NCBI GenBank assembly: GCA_964291315.2
Contig: OZ219753.1
Span: forward strand, 1,120,001 to 1,184,000
Direction: 5' to 3'
Length of the DNA: 64,000 bases
DNA from: Candidatus Poribacteria bacterium
GTDB lineage: Bacteria > Poribacteria > WGA-4E > WGA-3G
The position numbers and the translations under genes were made by a program. The first letter of the stretch is position 1; every line of letters begins with the position of its first letter. Shown here in pieces: positions 17,520 to 26,879 of the stretch. Below the pieces are notes generated by a model. It ran no database searches and was not told where the DNA came from. It saw nothing but the letters and a program-made list of their open reading frames with translations.

Positions 17520-20288
17520 ATGGATAAAGGAACTCTGTCCGCGAAAGGCGCGACACGTAAATCTGGGAAAATAGGCGAGGCATCAGGTTCTCACCAGCTA
17601 ACCGACCGGGTAGAAGAAAAAGCGATGCTCGACATCTGGGCAGATCTCAATATTTACGCTATATTGAGTAAAGAAAGTAACACAACGGATGCTAACCCGG
17701 AACAGACCTCTCCCTCCTTTGAAACTCAAGCTTATGTGCTTCGCGAGATGCCTACTCTTGTTCATCAATTGACCCTTGACACGTTTTGTAGAAAGATTAT
17801 TCAGGATATTTTCCTGAAAGCTGAGTCAATGTGCGGCCATCGCGTCACATACGTCCCGGTGTGGGAAACTTACTCGCTCTGGATAGAAGAACAGGTTATC
17901 GCAGCAGCGAAATCCAAATCTCCAATCAAACTCTCTGCTCTTCGGAAGCGGTGCCGGGCTCGCCACAAACAGGCTTTAGAAACCCAGAAGAAGAGGTTGC
18001 ATGAGCTCGGTATTTTTGCTGATTGGGATACCTCGCAGAAGAGGCTTGAATCGCGGCAAGAAGCGAGACTCATCGCTCTTATTAGTCGATTACGGGATTC
18101 TGGCTACCTCTATGACATCCCTCAACTCAGTCCCTGGTGTCCCAAATGCACAATTCCGCTTAATGAAACCAGTGGTATACAGAGGCCAACGCAGGCATTG
18201 AAAAGCTTTGTAAAGTTTCCGTTCAATGTTGGCTTAGAGGAATTTGGCACTAATGTTTTCTTCTGTGTGCAGCTGCCTTACCTTCGAGAAATAGCAGGGA
18301 CGGTGGAATTAGGGATTACTGAGAATACCACCTATTGGCTCACTCAATTCGCGTCTGAATTTCTGCTTTTCACCGAACCACAGTTGAAAAATTTCTGTCA
18401 ACATCTTGCTAAGAGCCAACGTTATCCTAGACGGATTAAAGAGATCAAGGCAACTGAACTTACAGGATGCACTGTAGCCCATCCGCTTTTTCCATCAAAA
18501 AAGTTAGATATTAGGTTGATTCCTGAACGTTTCATCAAAGATGTTCCACATTTGCAATCGACGGATCTCTTAAAATCCGGTGTTCTGCCTCTAAGTCCGG
18601 CTCATGATCAACTCAGCTACGACATTGCACAAGAATTAAAAATGGTTTCCACGCCTATTTTTGACGAAACGGGAAGGTTGACAGAAGAAGCTGGTCACTT
18701 GTGCGGTTTATATCTATCTGATGTTGAAAAGCCTATTATCCTGCAATTAGAAAAGTTTGGATACCTTCTGAAAAGATATAACGAAGAACAGCACGAACCG
18801 CACTGTCCTCGCTGCGGGGAATTAGCAGTTTTGCGCCCGTGTTCACAATGGGAATTCTCTATTACTGAAAATCCTGCCACTGTCCAATCCCTCAACGCCC
18901 AAGATCATTGGGATAATTATGGGAACACGGAACACAAAAATATTGTTGATGTCCGAGCGGCAGTGCTGAATTTCAACAGTTTGCAAGTTTCATCACAACG
19001 CCAATGGGGGATGCCTTTACCAATATTGCTCTGTGACCAGTGTGATAAACCTCTGGCGGATAAAAATACGCTCAGCGCCATCAGGAACTCTGTCCAGCGT
19101 GGGTTTGAATCTTGGTTTCGATTAAGTGTAGAGGAGCTCTTACCGGCCAATACTCACTGTCCGAGCTGTACTTCAAGTGAATTCCGTAAAGAAGCTACGA
19201 TCATTGACTGCCATTTTGCAAACTTACTTCAAATTGTTGACAGTTCCGATTTCAAGAAAGCGCTTGGTGGTTCGACAAGCATCATGTTCGTTCCACAACC
19301 GAGTCAGAGTGATTCTAAGTGGATAAGATGGTTGGCTGAAATCAGTGTTATCTCCGCTGCGCTTACCAGAAGCCGTCCGATTAAAGAAAGTCAGCCTTTT
19401 AAACAACTAAAACTTGATGCGCTGCCAAAAATTAGCAGCAACATCGAAATTGAGGAGGCTTTCCTGAACAAATATCCAGCGGATGTGTTACGTCTTGTTG
19501 CCATGACAGCTGATCTGAGTGAGCAACGGGTTACGCAGCAACGTCTTGAGGAGATTGCAGAGGATCGCCTAATCGAGTATCAACAGCTACAAACCTTCTT
19601 AGCACACGTTAGTTTTCTCGTCCGTAGATTGCGGGAGGAAGGAAAAGATAATAGAGAGGGACATACCGAAAACGGAGACGCGAATAAAACGGATCGGTTC
19701 TCCTCTCCGGGAGAAACACGTGAGGTCAATCGGCACCCCCAGACCTCTGATGAACAGCAGGTGGAACAAGAGGATATTCACCTTGCGGGGGCACCGGCAG
19801 AACCTAATCTCGAAACATTAGATATGAATGGGCTCAGAACTACCGTCGCTGATCAAAGTTTCACTACTGATTTAGTTGTAACAACCGTTACGGCTCAGTT
19901 TCTGAAAGAAGTAGAGACGGCTTATCAACATCGACGTTTCCATGAGATGTGGAAAATGTTAACGACTTTCTGTAAGCAAGATCTTGGATTCTACGTGCAC
20001 TTGTTTGAATCGGGTGATGCTGCAATTGTTGACACAGCGCGGGACAGACTTCCACAAATCAGCATCGCGCTTCTTCAACGTTTCGCGCCGCTGACTCCTT
20101 TTTTGGCGGAACATTTCTATCGTCTGATCTCTTCAGCGGACGGAAGCGATAAGCAGAGCATTTTTCAGAAAAGCTGGCGTTCAGTGTCGCCTGCAATTAG
20201 GCAAGATATGGGGGTTTCCCCTACCAAGAAAGATGATGCAAAAGCGGAATGGGAGGCCCTCAAAAATGTCCATAATACAGAAGTCTAA
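17520..20288 (+). CDS. Isoleucyl-tRNA synthetase-like protein with degenerate catalytic motifs (predicted inactive paralogue)
   Basis: Colinear with IleRS (KIIQDI, YVPVWE, LGIFADWD, HPLF, SSQRQWGMPLP, YPADVLRL, FAPLTPFLAEHFY) and upstream of lspA, but no HIGH or KMSKS. Confidence 0.85.
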   Translation: MDKGTLSAKGATRKSGKIGEASGSHQLTDRVEEKAMLDIWADLNIYAILSKESNTTDANPEQTSPSFETQAYVLREMPTLVHQLTLDTFCRKIIQDIFLKAESMCGHRVTYVPVWETYSLWIEEQVIAAAKSKSPIKLSALRKRCRARHKQALETQKKRLHELGIFADWDTSQKRLESRQEARLIALISRLRDSGYLYDIPQLSPWCPKCTIPLNETSGIQRPTQALKSFVKFPFNVGLEEFGTNVFFCVQLPYLREIAGTVELGITENTTYWLTQFASEFLLFTEPQLKNFCQHLAKSQRYPRRIKEIKATELTGCTVAHPLFPSKKLDIRLIPERFIKDVPHLQSTDLLKSGVLPLSPAHDQLSYDIAQELKMVSTPIFDETGRLTEEAGHLCGLYLSDVEKPIILQLEKFGYLLKRYNEEQHEPHCPRCGELAVLRPCSQWEFSITENPATVQSLNAQDHWDNYGNTEHKNIVDVRAAVLNFNSLQVSSQRQWGMPLPILLCDQCDKPLADKNTLSAIRNSVQRGFESWFRLSVEELLPANTHCPSCTSSEFRKEATIIDCHFANLLQIVDSSDFKKALGGSTSIMFVPQPSQSDSKWIRWLAEISVISAALTRSRPIKESQPFKQLKLDALPKISSNIEIEEAFLNKYPADVLRLVAMTADLSEQRVTQQRLEEIAEDRLIEYQQLQTFLAHVSFLVRRLREEGKDNREGHTENGDANKTDRFSSPGETREVNRHPQTSDEQQVEQEDIHLAGAPAEPNLETLDMNGLRTTVADQSFTTDLVVTTVTAQFLKEVETAYQHRRFHEMWKMLTTFCKQDLGFYVHLFESGDAAIVDTARDRLPQISIALLQRFAPLTPFLAEHFYRLISSADGSDKQSIFQKSWRSVSPAIRQDMGVSPTKKDDAKAEWEALKNVHNTEV

Positions 20289-20775
20289 AATATCTTGGCA
20301 AACTGCTGCGCCACTAATCAACGTAGCGGTCCCGATGCTAATATTGGATTGGGTGAGTAAGTGGTTTGTGCAAATGCATATCACTCAGATCACAGAAGTG
20401 ATTCCGATCATTCCAGGGTTCTTTAATCTCCGGCATGATAGAAATACGGGGGCAGCTTTCGGTGTGCTTGCGGGACACAGAGTTTTACTTATTTTGATTA
20501 CTATCGCTGCCTTAGTTTTCATCATCACATACTATTTACGTTTCAAGGAGAGTCGCTGGATGCAAACCTCACTCGGCTTTCTGCTTGGTGGTGCTATTGG
20601 CAACTTTATTGACAGGATTCGCCTGGGTGAAGTCGTCGATTTCCTTCAATTCGGTATAGCAAGTAAAGGATTGTATTGGCCAACGTTCAACATTGCTGAT
20701 GTTTCCGTCTGTATTGGGGCAGGCATGCTAATTGTTTATCTATTTCGCCATCGTAATGAAAATTATCAAGACTGA
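20266..20775 (+). CDS. lspA: Lipoprotein signal peptidase II
   Basis: NTGAAFG, GGAIGNFIDR, VVDF, FNIAD; start uncertain (20233 or 20266). Confidence 0.96.
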   Translation: MSIIQKSKISWQTAAPLINVAVPMLILDWVSKWFVQMHITQITEVIPIIPGFFNLRHDRNTGAAFGVLAGHRVLLILITIAALVFIITYYLRFKESRWMQTSLGFLLGGAIGNFIDRIRLGEVVDFLQFGIASKGLYWPTFNIADVSVCIGAGMLIVYLFRHRNENYQD

Positions 20776-20851
20776 CTATTGAGAGATCCACAAACAGGCC
20801 TGTGAGTCTATTCGGAAATCCAAAACTGCTTTTCATTTAGGAACGTGATCT

Positions 20852-21415
20852 ATGTATAAATTTGTCACTCAGTTTCTCACGCTTAGCTGCCTTGCGCTTA
20901 CAATAGTCTCAAATGCAGAAGCGCAATTTCGGGTAGCGCCGCCAGAAAATCAGACGCAACAAGGGGCATCGGAAAAGTATAGTGAAAGTGCGTTGCGTCG
21001 TTTTGAGATTATTACGTTGAGTTCACTGCCGTTCACTGCTGTTCACAGCTACGCGATTGTGCGCGGCATTAAAATGTACACCGAAAATCAATTTGCCCCT
21101 GAGTTATCCGTTGCGGACTATCGGGTAATCGGTATCGGTGCGGTCTCTTTGTCTCTATTTATCGGATTGTGGGATTGGTTCCATACCCGCAAAGTGGACC
21201 GGGCTGCACCACGTATTCCTGAAAGAACCAAACCTCCGTTGCCTGAAGAGGAAGAGCCTATAGAAGGGCCAATCGCTCGTCTGTCGAACACCGCGCCATA
21301 CGCAGCAAAATATAGAGGCGGATCTCTAGAAGGATCGATAGATAAAGCTCTGAATAGATGGACAAATGAGCCCGCTGCTGGTTTTGCTATATCGTTTATT
21401 CAAATTCGTTTCTAA
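20852..21415 (+). CDS. Hypothetical exported/membrane protein
   Basis: Signal peptide ending AEA, further hydrophobic segments, in operon. Confidence 0.7.
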   Translation: MYKFVTQFLTLSCLALTIVSNAEAQFRVAPPENQTQQGASEKYSESALRRFEIITLSSLPFTAVHSYAIVRGIKMYTENQFAPELSVADYRVIGIGAVSLSLFIGLWDWFHTRKVDRAAPRIPERTKPPLPEEEEPIEGPIARLSNTAPYAAKYRGGSLEGSIDKALNRWTNEPAAGFAISFIQIRF

Positions 21416-21453
21416 CTTTGGTTAATCTACTGGAATGGCTGTACAACTACAAA

Positions 21454-22407
21454 ATGCGCACTCTCTTTATGGGTACCAGCGAGTTTGCTGTTCCTGCCCT
21501 CAAATCGCTCATTTCACACAATTTTGAACTTGTAGGTGTTGTTACGCAGCCTGATCGTCCAAGTGGGCGCGGGCGGCGATTCAACCCGTCGCCTGTCAAA
21601 GTTGTAGCAACACAACACAACTTACCGATTTATCAGCCTATTCGGGCGCGAAATCAGGATTTCGTTCGGACTCTTAAAAATCTCATTCCTGATGTAATTG
21701 TTGTTGCTGCTTTCGGCCAACTTTTGCCGCAGACGGTTTTAGATATTCCGCCGTGCGGAACTATCAACCTGCATCCATCCATTCTTCCAAAGTATCGTGG
21801 TGCTGCGCCTATTCAATGGGCGTTAATTAATGGGGAGGAGGAAACAGGGGTGACACTAATGTTATTAGATGCTGGTGAGGATACAGGTGACATTATCTGC
21901 TCGGAGCGGATCCGAATTGAAAACGCAGACACGGCTTTTACTTTGACAGATCAGTTAGCAAATCTCGGTGCAAAAGGGCTTATCCGGGTACTATCAGACA
22001 TGCCAGGGAATGCTCCGCCACCTGCGACACCCCAGAATGACGCGGAAGCGACACACGCTCCCCGCTTGACAAAAGAGTCCGGGCATATGAATTGGAATCA
22101 ACCGGCAACTGCAATCCACAATCTTGTGAGGGGGACAGCAATCTGGCCAGGTGCGTACACCTTTTTTCGCGAGAATATTAGGCTCAAAATTATCAGCTGT
22201 CAACCACAGCCACAGCTGCTCGATGTGCCGCCGGGAACGCTCGAAATAGTAGGAAGGCAAAAACTGTTTGTTGCGACAGGTGATGGGGCACTCCAGCTTT
22301 TGCGAATGCAACCGGCAACTAAAAAGGCGATGGAAGCGCGAGATTTTATCAACGGCTATCAACTCCGAACGAGCGACCGATTCCTAACACAAGCGCAAAA
22401 TGAATGA
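21454..22407 (+). CDS. fmt: Methionyl-tRNA formyltransferase
   Basis: FMGT.EFA, VVTQPDRPSGRG, INLHPSILPKYRGAAPIQ. Confidence 0.97.
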   Translation: MRTLFMGTSEFAVPALKSLISHNFELVGVVTQPDRPSGRGRRFNPSPVKVVATQHNLPIYQPIRARNQDFVRTLKNLIPDVIVVAAFGQLLPQTVLDIPPCGTINLHPSILPKYRGAAPIQWALINGEEETGVTLMLLDAGEDTGDIICSERIRIENADTAFTLTDQLANLGAKGLIRVLSDMPGNAPPPATPQNDAEATHAPRLTKESGHMNWNQPATAIHNLVRGTAIWPGAYTFFRENIRLKIISCQPQPQLLDVPPGTLEIVGRQKLFVATGDGALQLLRMQPATKKAMEARDFINGYQLRTSDRFLTQAQNE

Positions 22408-23377
22408 CCTTAATAATACCTTATTTGCGACCTTCAAGGTTTTCCTCTATCTCTTAATACTGCTTGGTATAGCGGGGCTGTTAGTTATTTTTGTGATTAT
22501 TCCAAGGTGGGTTCGGACCGAGGAGGTACTCGTTCCGAATATTGTCGGTAAAACCTACTATGAAGCTGTTCGTATTCTTGGTGATGTTGGTCTCCAACCT
22601 TCAGAAACTCTTCAAGAAGCCAGCAGTAGTGCCCCTAAGGGTGAAGTTGTTATCCAAAACCCGCAGGCTAATTTTAGGATCAAGCACTACCAGCCTGTTC
22701 AAATCACAGTGAGTATTGGTGCGGAACTGACCCCTGTTCCTTCTGTTATTGGCAAATTGCAGGATGTGGCCTTTGATGTCTTAACTGCGGCTGGATTTCG
22801 TCCGAACCGGGTCGCCTACGTTCATTCTGAAAATTATGTCCAAGGCACTGTGATTGCACAAACCCCACCGGAGGGTGGCGGTCAACAACGTGGAGCCCCG
22901 GTCAACCTCCTTGTGAGCCGCGGCCCGACACCACAATCCCTACAGCTTCCGAATTTTCAAAAGCAGCCTGCGAATGATGTTGTATCTACGCTAGAGGGTG
23001 TCGGCCTAAAAATTGAAACACGATATAGCTCCCATCCGACGATTCCTGCTGGCGCGATTATTACCCATAACCCTTCAGCTGGCGCGATGGTCCAAACTGG
23101 AGATTTAGTTCTCCTTGAAATCAGTGGTGTGCAAGGCACCTCCCAAAAGATTGGTAGTCCCTTACCGTTCAAGCATACTGTCAGCGAAGAAGGGAAACTA
23201 TCGCGCCATGTCAGAATTGTTATAATTGACGACTACGGTGAACGCACTGAAATAGATCAGCACTATGCCCCCGGCACAGTGATTGACTTGGAACGAAAAG
23301 GGGTTCGAGTTTTTGGCAAGACACGCGTGATTATCCACGAAAATGGTGAAAAATTGCCCGAAGTCATTTATAATTAA
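22400..23377 (+). CDS. Membrane-anchored protein with three PASTA domains and no kinase domain
   Basis: N-terminal TM, VPNIVGK..., VPSVIGK..., LPNFQK... repeats each with QxP-like and VS.G motifs. Confidence 0.9.
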   Translation: MNDLNNTLFATFKVFLYLLILLGIAGLLVIFVIIPRWVRTEEVLVPNIVGKTYYEAVRILGDVGLQPSETLQEASSSAPKGEVVIQNPQANFRIKHYQPVQITVSIGAELTPVPSVIGKLQDVAFDVLTAAGFRPNRVAYVHSENYVQGTVIAQTPPEGGGQQRGAPVNLLVSRGPTPQSLQLPNFQKQPANDVVSTLEGVGLKIETRYSSHPTIPAGAIITHNPSAGAMVQTGDLVLLEISGVQGTSQKIGSPLPFKHTVSEEGKLSRHVRIVIIDDYGERTEIDQHYAPGTVIDLERKGVRVFGKTRVIIHENGEKLPEVIYN

Positions 23378-23398
23378 GATGAGCTAAGGAGGACAGAA

Positions 23399-24058
23399 AT
23401 TTCTACGCTTAAGATTGCTCCCTCACTGCTCGCTGCTGACTTCAGTCGGCTCGGTGAAGAGGTAAGACGCATAGTCGCTGCCGGTGCTGATATGTTGCAT
23501 TTTGACGTGATGGATGGTGAATTCGTCCCGAATTTTGGTATCAGTCCGCCGTTCATCGCTGCTGTGCGCGAAATGACACAAATTGCTTTTGATGTGCATA
23601 TCATGGTGATGCATCCGATTCGCTATATTGACGCGCTCGCTGCAGCAGGGGCCGATATAATCACCTTCCACATTGAGAGTAAAGATAAGCCAGAAACGGT
23701 AATTTCTGCAATAAAAGCACATGGGCTTAAGAGCGGACTCGCGCTTTCACCTAAAACCCCCGTCTCTACAGTTATACCCTATTTCTCGGACATCGACTTG
23801 GTCCTATCAATGAGTGTTGATCCTGGGTTCGGAGGTCAAGTTTTCCAACACAATGCTCTTGAAAAAATAGCGTCCTTGCATCAAATAGCGCAGAAATTGA
23901 AACCGGCTCTTGAGATATCGGTCGATGGTGGCGTAACTACAGAGATTGCCCCGCTTGCAATTCGGCAAGGGGTTACAATTCTTGTGGCAGGTACGGCTAT
24001 TTTCCGGAGCGAAAACCCGGAATCAGTTATTGAAAGACTTCGGACCGCCGCCGCTTAA
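23399..24058 (+). CDS. rpe: Ribulose-phosphate 3-epimerase (probable ATT start)
   Basis: KIAPSLLAADF, HFDVMDG.FVPN, MSVDPGFGGQ, VDGGV; TAAGGAGG 6 nt before ATT 23399. Confidence 0.95.
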   Translation: MSTLKIAPSLLAADFSRLGEEVRRIVAAGADMLHFDVMDGEFVPNFGISPPFIAAVREMTQIAFDVHIMVMHPIRYIDALAAAGADIITFHIESKDKPETVISAIKAHGLKSGLALSPKTPVSTVIPYFSDIDLVLSMSVDPGFGGQVFQHNALEKIASLHQIAQKLKPALEISVDGGVTTEIAPLAIRQGVTILVAGTAIFRSENPESVIERLRTAAA

Positions 24059-24102
24059 GGCACCGGAGCCGCCGCTCTTTAGCGCAAGAGGTGCCATATT
24101 AG

Positions 24103-24828
24103 ATGCACACCTTCTATGTTCCACCTTCTCATATCGACACTAACACCGTCACAATTACTGGCTCGGAACAGCACCATCTCCGCAATGTCTTACGTATAGT
24201 GCCTGGAAAGAGTATTCGAATTATTGATGGAAAAGGCAACGTCTATATTGCAGAGACTCTTGCTTCACTTGCACATCGATCCTCAAGCGAAGCGCGAATT
24301 CATACCCACAAATTTCATCCGAAACCTTCACCTACTCTTGTGCTGTTCCAAGGGATCCCTAAAAACGACAAGATGGAACTGATTTTGCAGAAAACGACAG
24401 AACTCGGGGTTACGCAAATTGTACCGCTCCATTCGGAGCGCGCCTTTCAAAAACCGAGTCAAAGGCGGTATGCGCGTTGGCACCGCATTGTTATTTCTGC
24501 TACGAAGCAGTGCAAACGCGCGTGGTTACCGAAGTTAAGCGAGGCGCAGCAGTTTGAGGCATATCTGACACAACTCAAAAATTTTTCGCTCCGGCTGCTT
24601 CTTAGTCCTCGCGCAGAGACACAACACATTAAGACAGTCCTACAAGAGACTTGTAAAACGGATGCCGTTGCAGTTTTCGTCGGCCCTGAAGGTGGATTTT
24701 CGGATCAGGAGATCACGGCAGCGATTGGAAGCGGTTGTATCCCTGTCACGCTTGGTGCAAATGTTTTGCGAACAGAAACTGCCGCCATTGCTGCTGTTGC
24801 TGTTACTGCCTACGAATATCAATTATAG
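24103..24828 (+). CDS. rsmE: 16S rRNA m3U1498 methyltransferase
   Basis: HHLRNVLR, QKTTELGV, VGPEGGF, LGANVLRTETA. Confidence 0.96.
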   Translation: MHTFYVPPSHIDTNTVTITGSEQHHLRNVLRIVPGKSIRIIDGKGNVYIAETLASLAHRSSSEARIHTHKFHPKPSPTLVLFQGIPKNDKMELILQKTTELGVTQIVPLHSERAFQKPSQRRYARWHRIVISATKQCKRAWLPKLSEAQQFEAYLTQLKNFSLRLLLSPRAETQHIKTVLQETCKTDAVAVFVGPEGGFSDQEITAAIGSGCIPVTLGANVLRTETAAIAAVAVTAYEYQL

Positions 24829-24929
24829 GGGTGCCTTTTGTTTCTCCTTTTTAATCTTCCGTTCTGGGATCAGTCCCTTAAAGGTGTTCGAACATCACCT
24901 CAACTGACGACTGATAACGGAGGAAATCC

Positions 24930-24958
24930 TTGACAAAGTTCTCCATTTTTTGTAAAAT
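24930..24958 (+). promoter_or_regulatory. Sigma70-type promoter just upstream of argE
   Basis: TTGACA-N17-TAAAAT, 8 nt before the ATG at 24967. Confidence 0.65.
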
Positions 24959-24966
24959 TTTTAACC

Positions 24967-26088
24967 ATGGATGCAAAAGAATTAACCAAAACCCTCATTG
25001 GATACAATACAGTAAGTTCTCGCAGCAACGTTGAGGTCATGGACTTCCTGACTGAGACATTAGAGTCCATTGATTGCAGAGTGGAACGGGTTGAGTACAG
25101 AGATCCAGCGGGCGTGCTGAAGGCAAATCTGATTGGGCACAAAGGCCCTGAGCAGGGCGAACCGGGACTTGCACTGCTGGGGCATATAGACACTGTACCT
25201 GCTATCGGTTGGTCAATGAATCCGTTTGAAGCGCGAATTACTGATGGGAAAATGTACGGCAGAGGCAGCTGTGATATGAAAGGCAGCGTCTCTTGTATGA
25301 TTGAAACTGCATCGCGCTACGCCGCGTCTGAGTTGAAGGCACCGCTCTACGTTGTAATCACGGCTGATGAGGAGGTGGGTTACTTGGGAGCAAGGGCAGT
25401 TATAGAAAAATCGGAGATGTTCAAAAGGTGGGGATTTCCACAGTACGGTGTTGTTGGCGAACCGACAGAGCTATATGCGGTATATGCGCATAAAGGGGCT
25501 GTTCGCTTTACGGTTACAGCGCACGGGCGGGCAGCGCACAGCAGCACGGGTGAAGGTGATAACGCAAACCTGAAGTTAATTCCCTTCCTTGCGGAAATGC
25601 GGGATATTTATGAGGAGCTGACATCTAATACCGAGTATTTCAACAATGAATTCATCCCGCCCTACACCGATTGGAACATCACTATCAGTGATGGTGAGTG
25701 CGCAGCGAATGTTACCTCTCCGCTGAGTGTCTGTAGCATAAACTATCGTCCAATGCCCGGAGATGATTCACAGGTATGGATAGATCGGGCGCGTGAATCT
25801 GCTGAGAGGCACGGTTTAGTATTCGATATGTACATCAATGCCCCCCCGGTTCGTACGGCTCCAGACGCAGAGATTATCCGCGCTGCGCTCGAAATTACGG
25901 GTGGAACTGCTGCTCAAACTGTTGCCTACAGCACCGATGCCACCGTCTTTGCTCAGTACATGGAGACTGTCATTATCGGTCCCGGTAGCATTCGACAGGC
26001 ACACACCGTGGATGAATGGATGGCACTGGATCAATTCCCACGAGGTGTCTCAATTTTTAATCAGTTCGTAGAACGGTTCTGTACCTGA
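24967..26088 (+). CDS. argE: Acetylornithine deacetylase-like M20 metallopeptidase
   Basis: GHIDTVP, YGRGSCDMKG, ADEEVG, VGEPT, AHKG, GPGSIRQAHTVDE. Confidence 0.85.
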   Translation: MDAKELTKTLIGYNTVSSRSNVEVMDFLTETLESIDCRVERVEYRDPAGVLKANLIGHKGPEQGEPGLALLGHIDTVPAIGWSMNPFEARITDGKMYGRGSCDMKGSVSCMIETASRYAASELKAPLYVVITADEEVGYLGARAVIEKSEMFKRWGFPQYGVVGEPTELYAVYAHKGAVRFTVTAHGRAAHSSTGEGDNANLKLIPFLAEMRDIYEELTSNTEYFNNEFIPPYTDWNITISDGECAANVTSPLSVCSINYRPMPGDDSQVWIDRARESAERHGLVFDMYINAPPVRTAPDAEIIRAALEITGGTAAQTVAYSTDATVFAQYMETVIIGPGSIRQAHTVDEWMALDQFPRGVSIFNQFVERFCT

Positions 26089-26176
26089 TAAACAGGCTGG
26101 CAGAGAGATAAAGAAGGGTTCTCTAGATTTTCCACATATAGGTCTGATATAGAGTGCCATTTATGGGCTGCTTATA

Positions 26177-26632
26177 TTATTGTTGATCGGTTTTGTGCGT
26201 ATTAGGTGGATCGAAAAAGACAGCGTCTGGCTTTACCCATTCCGCTTCACCGTCTGCCCATACTTCTCGTTTCCAGATAGGCACTATCTGTTTGAGGCGA
26301 TCCATTGCATACTTGCAGGCTTCAAAAGCGTCTTTGCGATGCGGTGCTGCGACTGCGACTGCTACACTGACCTCGCCGATCTCCAGCTTTCCAACGCGGT
26401 GAACTATAGCGACGCGATCCAGTCCCCATTTCTTGGTTATTTCTTGCGCGATCTCAGCCATCTTCTTCTCGGCCATCGGCGGATATGCCTCATATTCAAG
26501 ATGTTTCACCGCCCTGCCATTTGTGTTGTTGCGAACTGTACCAAGGAATAGCACGACCGCGCCAGCATCGGGGGCCTCCACTGCTTCAGACACTTCTGGG
26601 CCTATGATGATTTCAGTTGTTATCTTAAACAT
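26177..26632 (-). CDS. moaE: Molybdopterin synthase catalytic subunit
   Basis: GAVVLFLGTVR, LEYEAYPPMA, HRVGKL, PIWKRE. Confidence 0.96.
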   Translation of the reverse strand: MFKITTEIIIGPEVSEAVEAPDAGAVVLFLGTVRNNTNGRAVKHLEYEAYPPMAEKKMAEIAQEITKKWGLDRVAIVHRVGKLEIGEVSVAVAVAAPHRKDAFEACKYAMDRLKQIVPIWKREVWADGEAEWVKPDAVFFDPPNTHKTDQQ

Positions 26633-26879
26633 CGCTGCCCCCTGTAACAGGTGGAATCAAAGCAATTTCATCTCCGTCTGCTAGCTTAGTGTTCTCTGTA
26701 GCGTATTCCCAATTGACAGACATCTGCATCACTTCATAAAACTCAGCAATTTCTGGCCACTCTTCCTCAAGACGCTGCAGAATAGTTTTGACGGTGGCTC
26801 CCTCCGGAAGCTCCATCTCTTCTTCAGATCTATCTAATATTTCATGACATACGGCAAAGTATTTAACAGTAACGTTCAT
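26625..26879 (-). CDS. moaD: Molybdopterin synthase sulfur carrier with a 3-residue extension after GG
   Basis: MNVTVKYFA...SVNWEY...LADGDEIALIPPVTGG-SDV. Confidence 0.92.
   Translation of the reverse strand: MNVTVKYFAVCHEILDRSEEEMELPEGATVKTILQRLEEEWPEIAEFYEVMQMSVNWEYATENTKLADGDEIALIPPVTGGSDV

Noticed and set aside
17425-17560. Possible T-box or c-di-GMP riboswitch before the IleRS-like gene (GAAA-loop hairpin near 17540)
   Set aside because: No T-box GGTGGNACC core or terminator, the riboswitch consensus is not met, and the hairpin lies inside the likely CDS.
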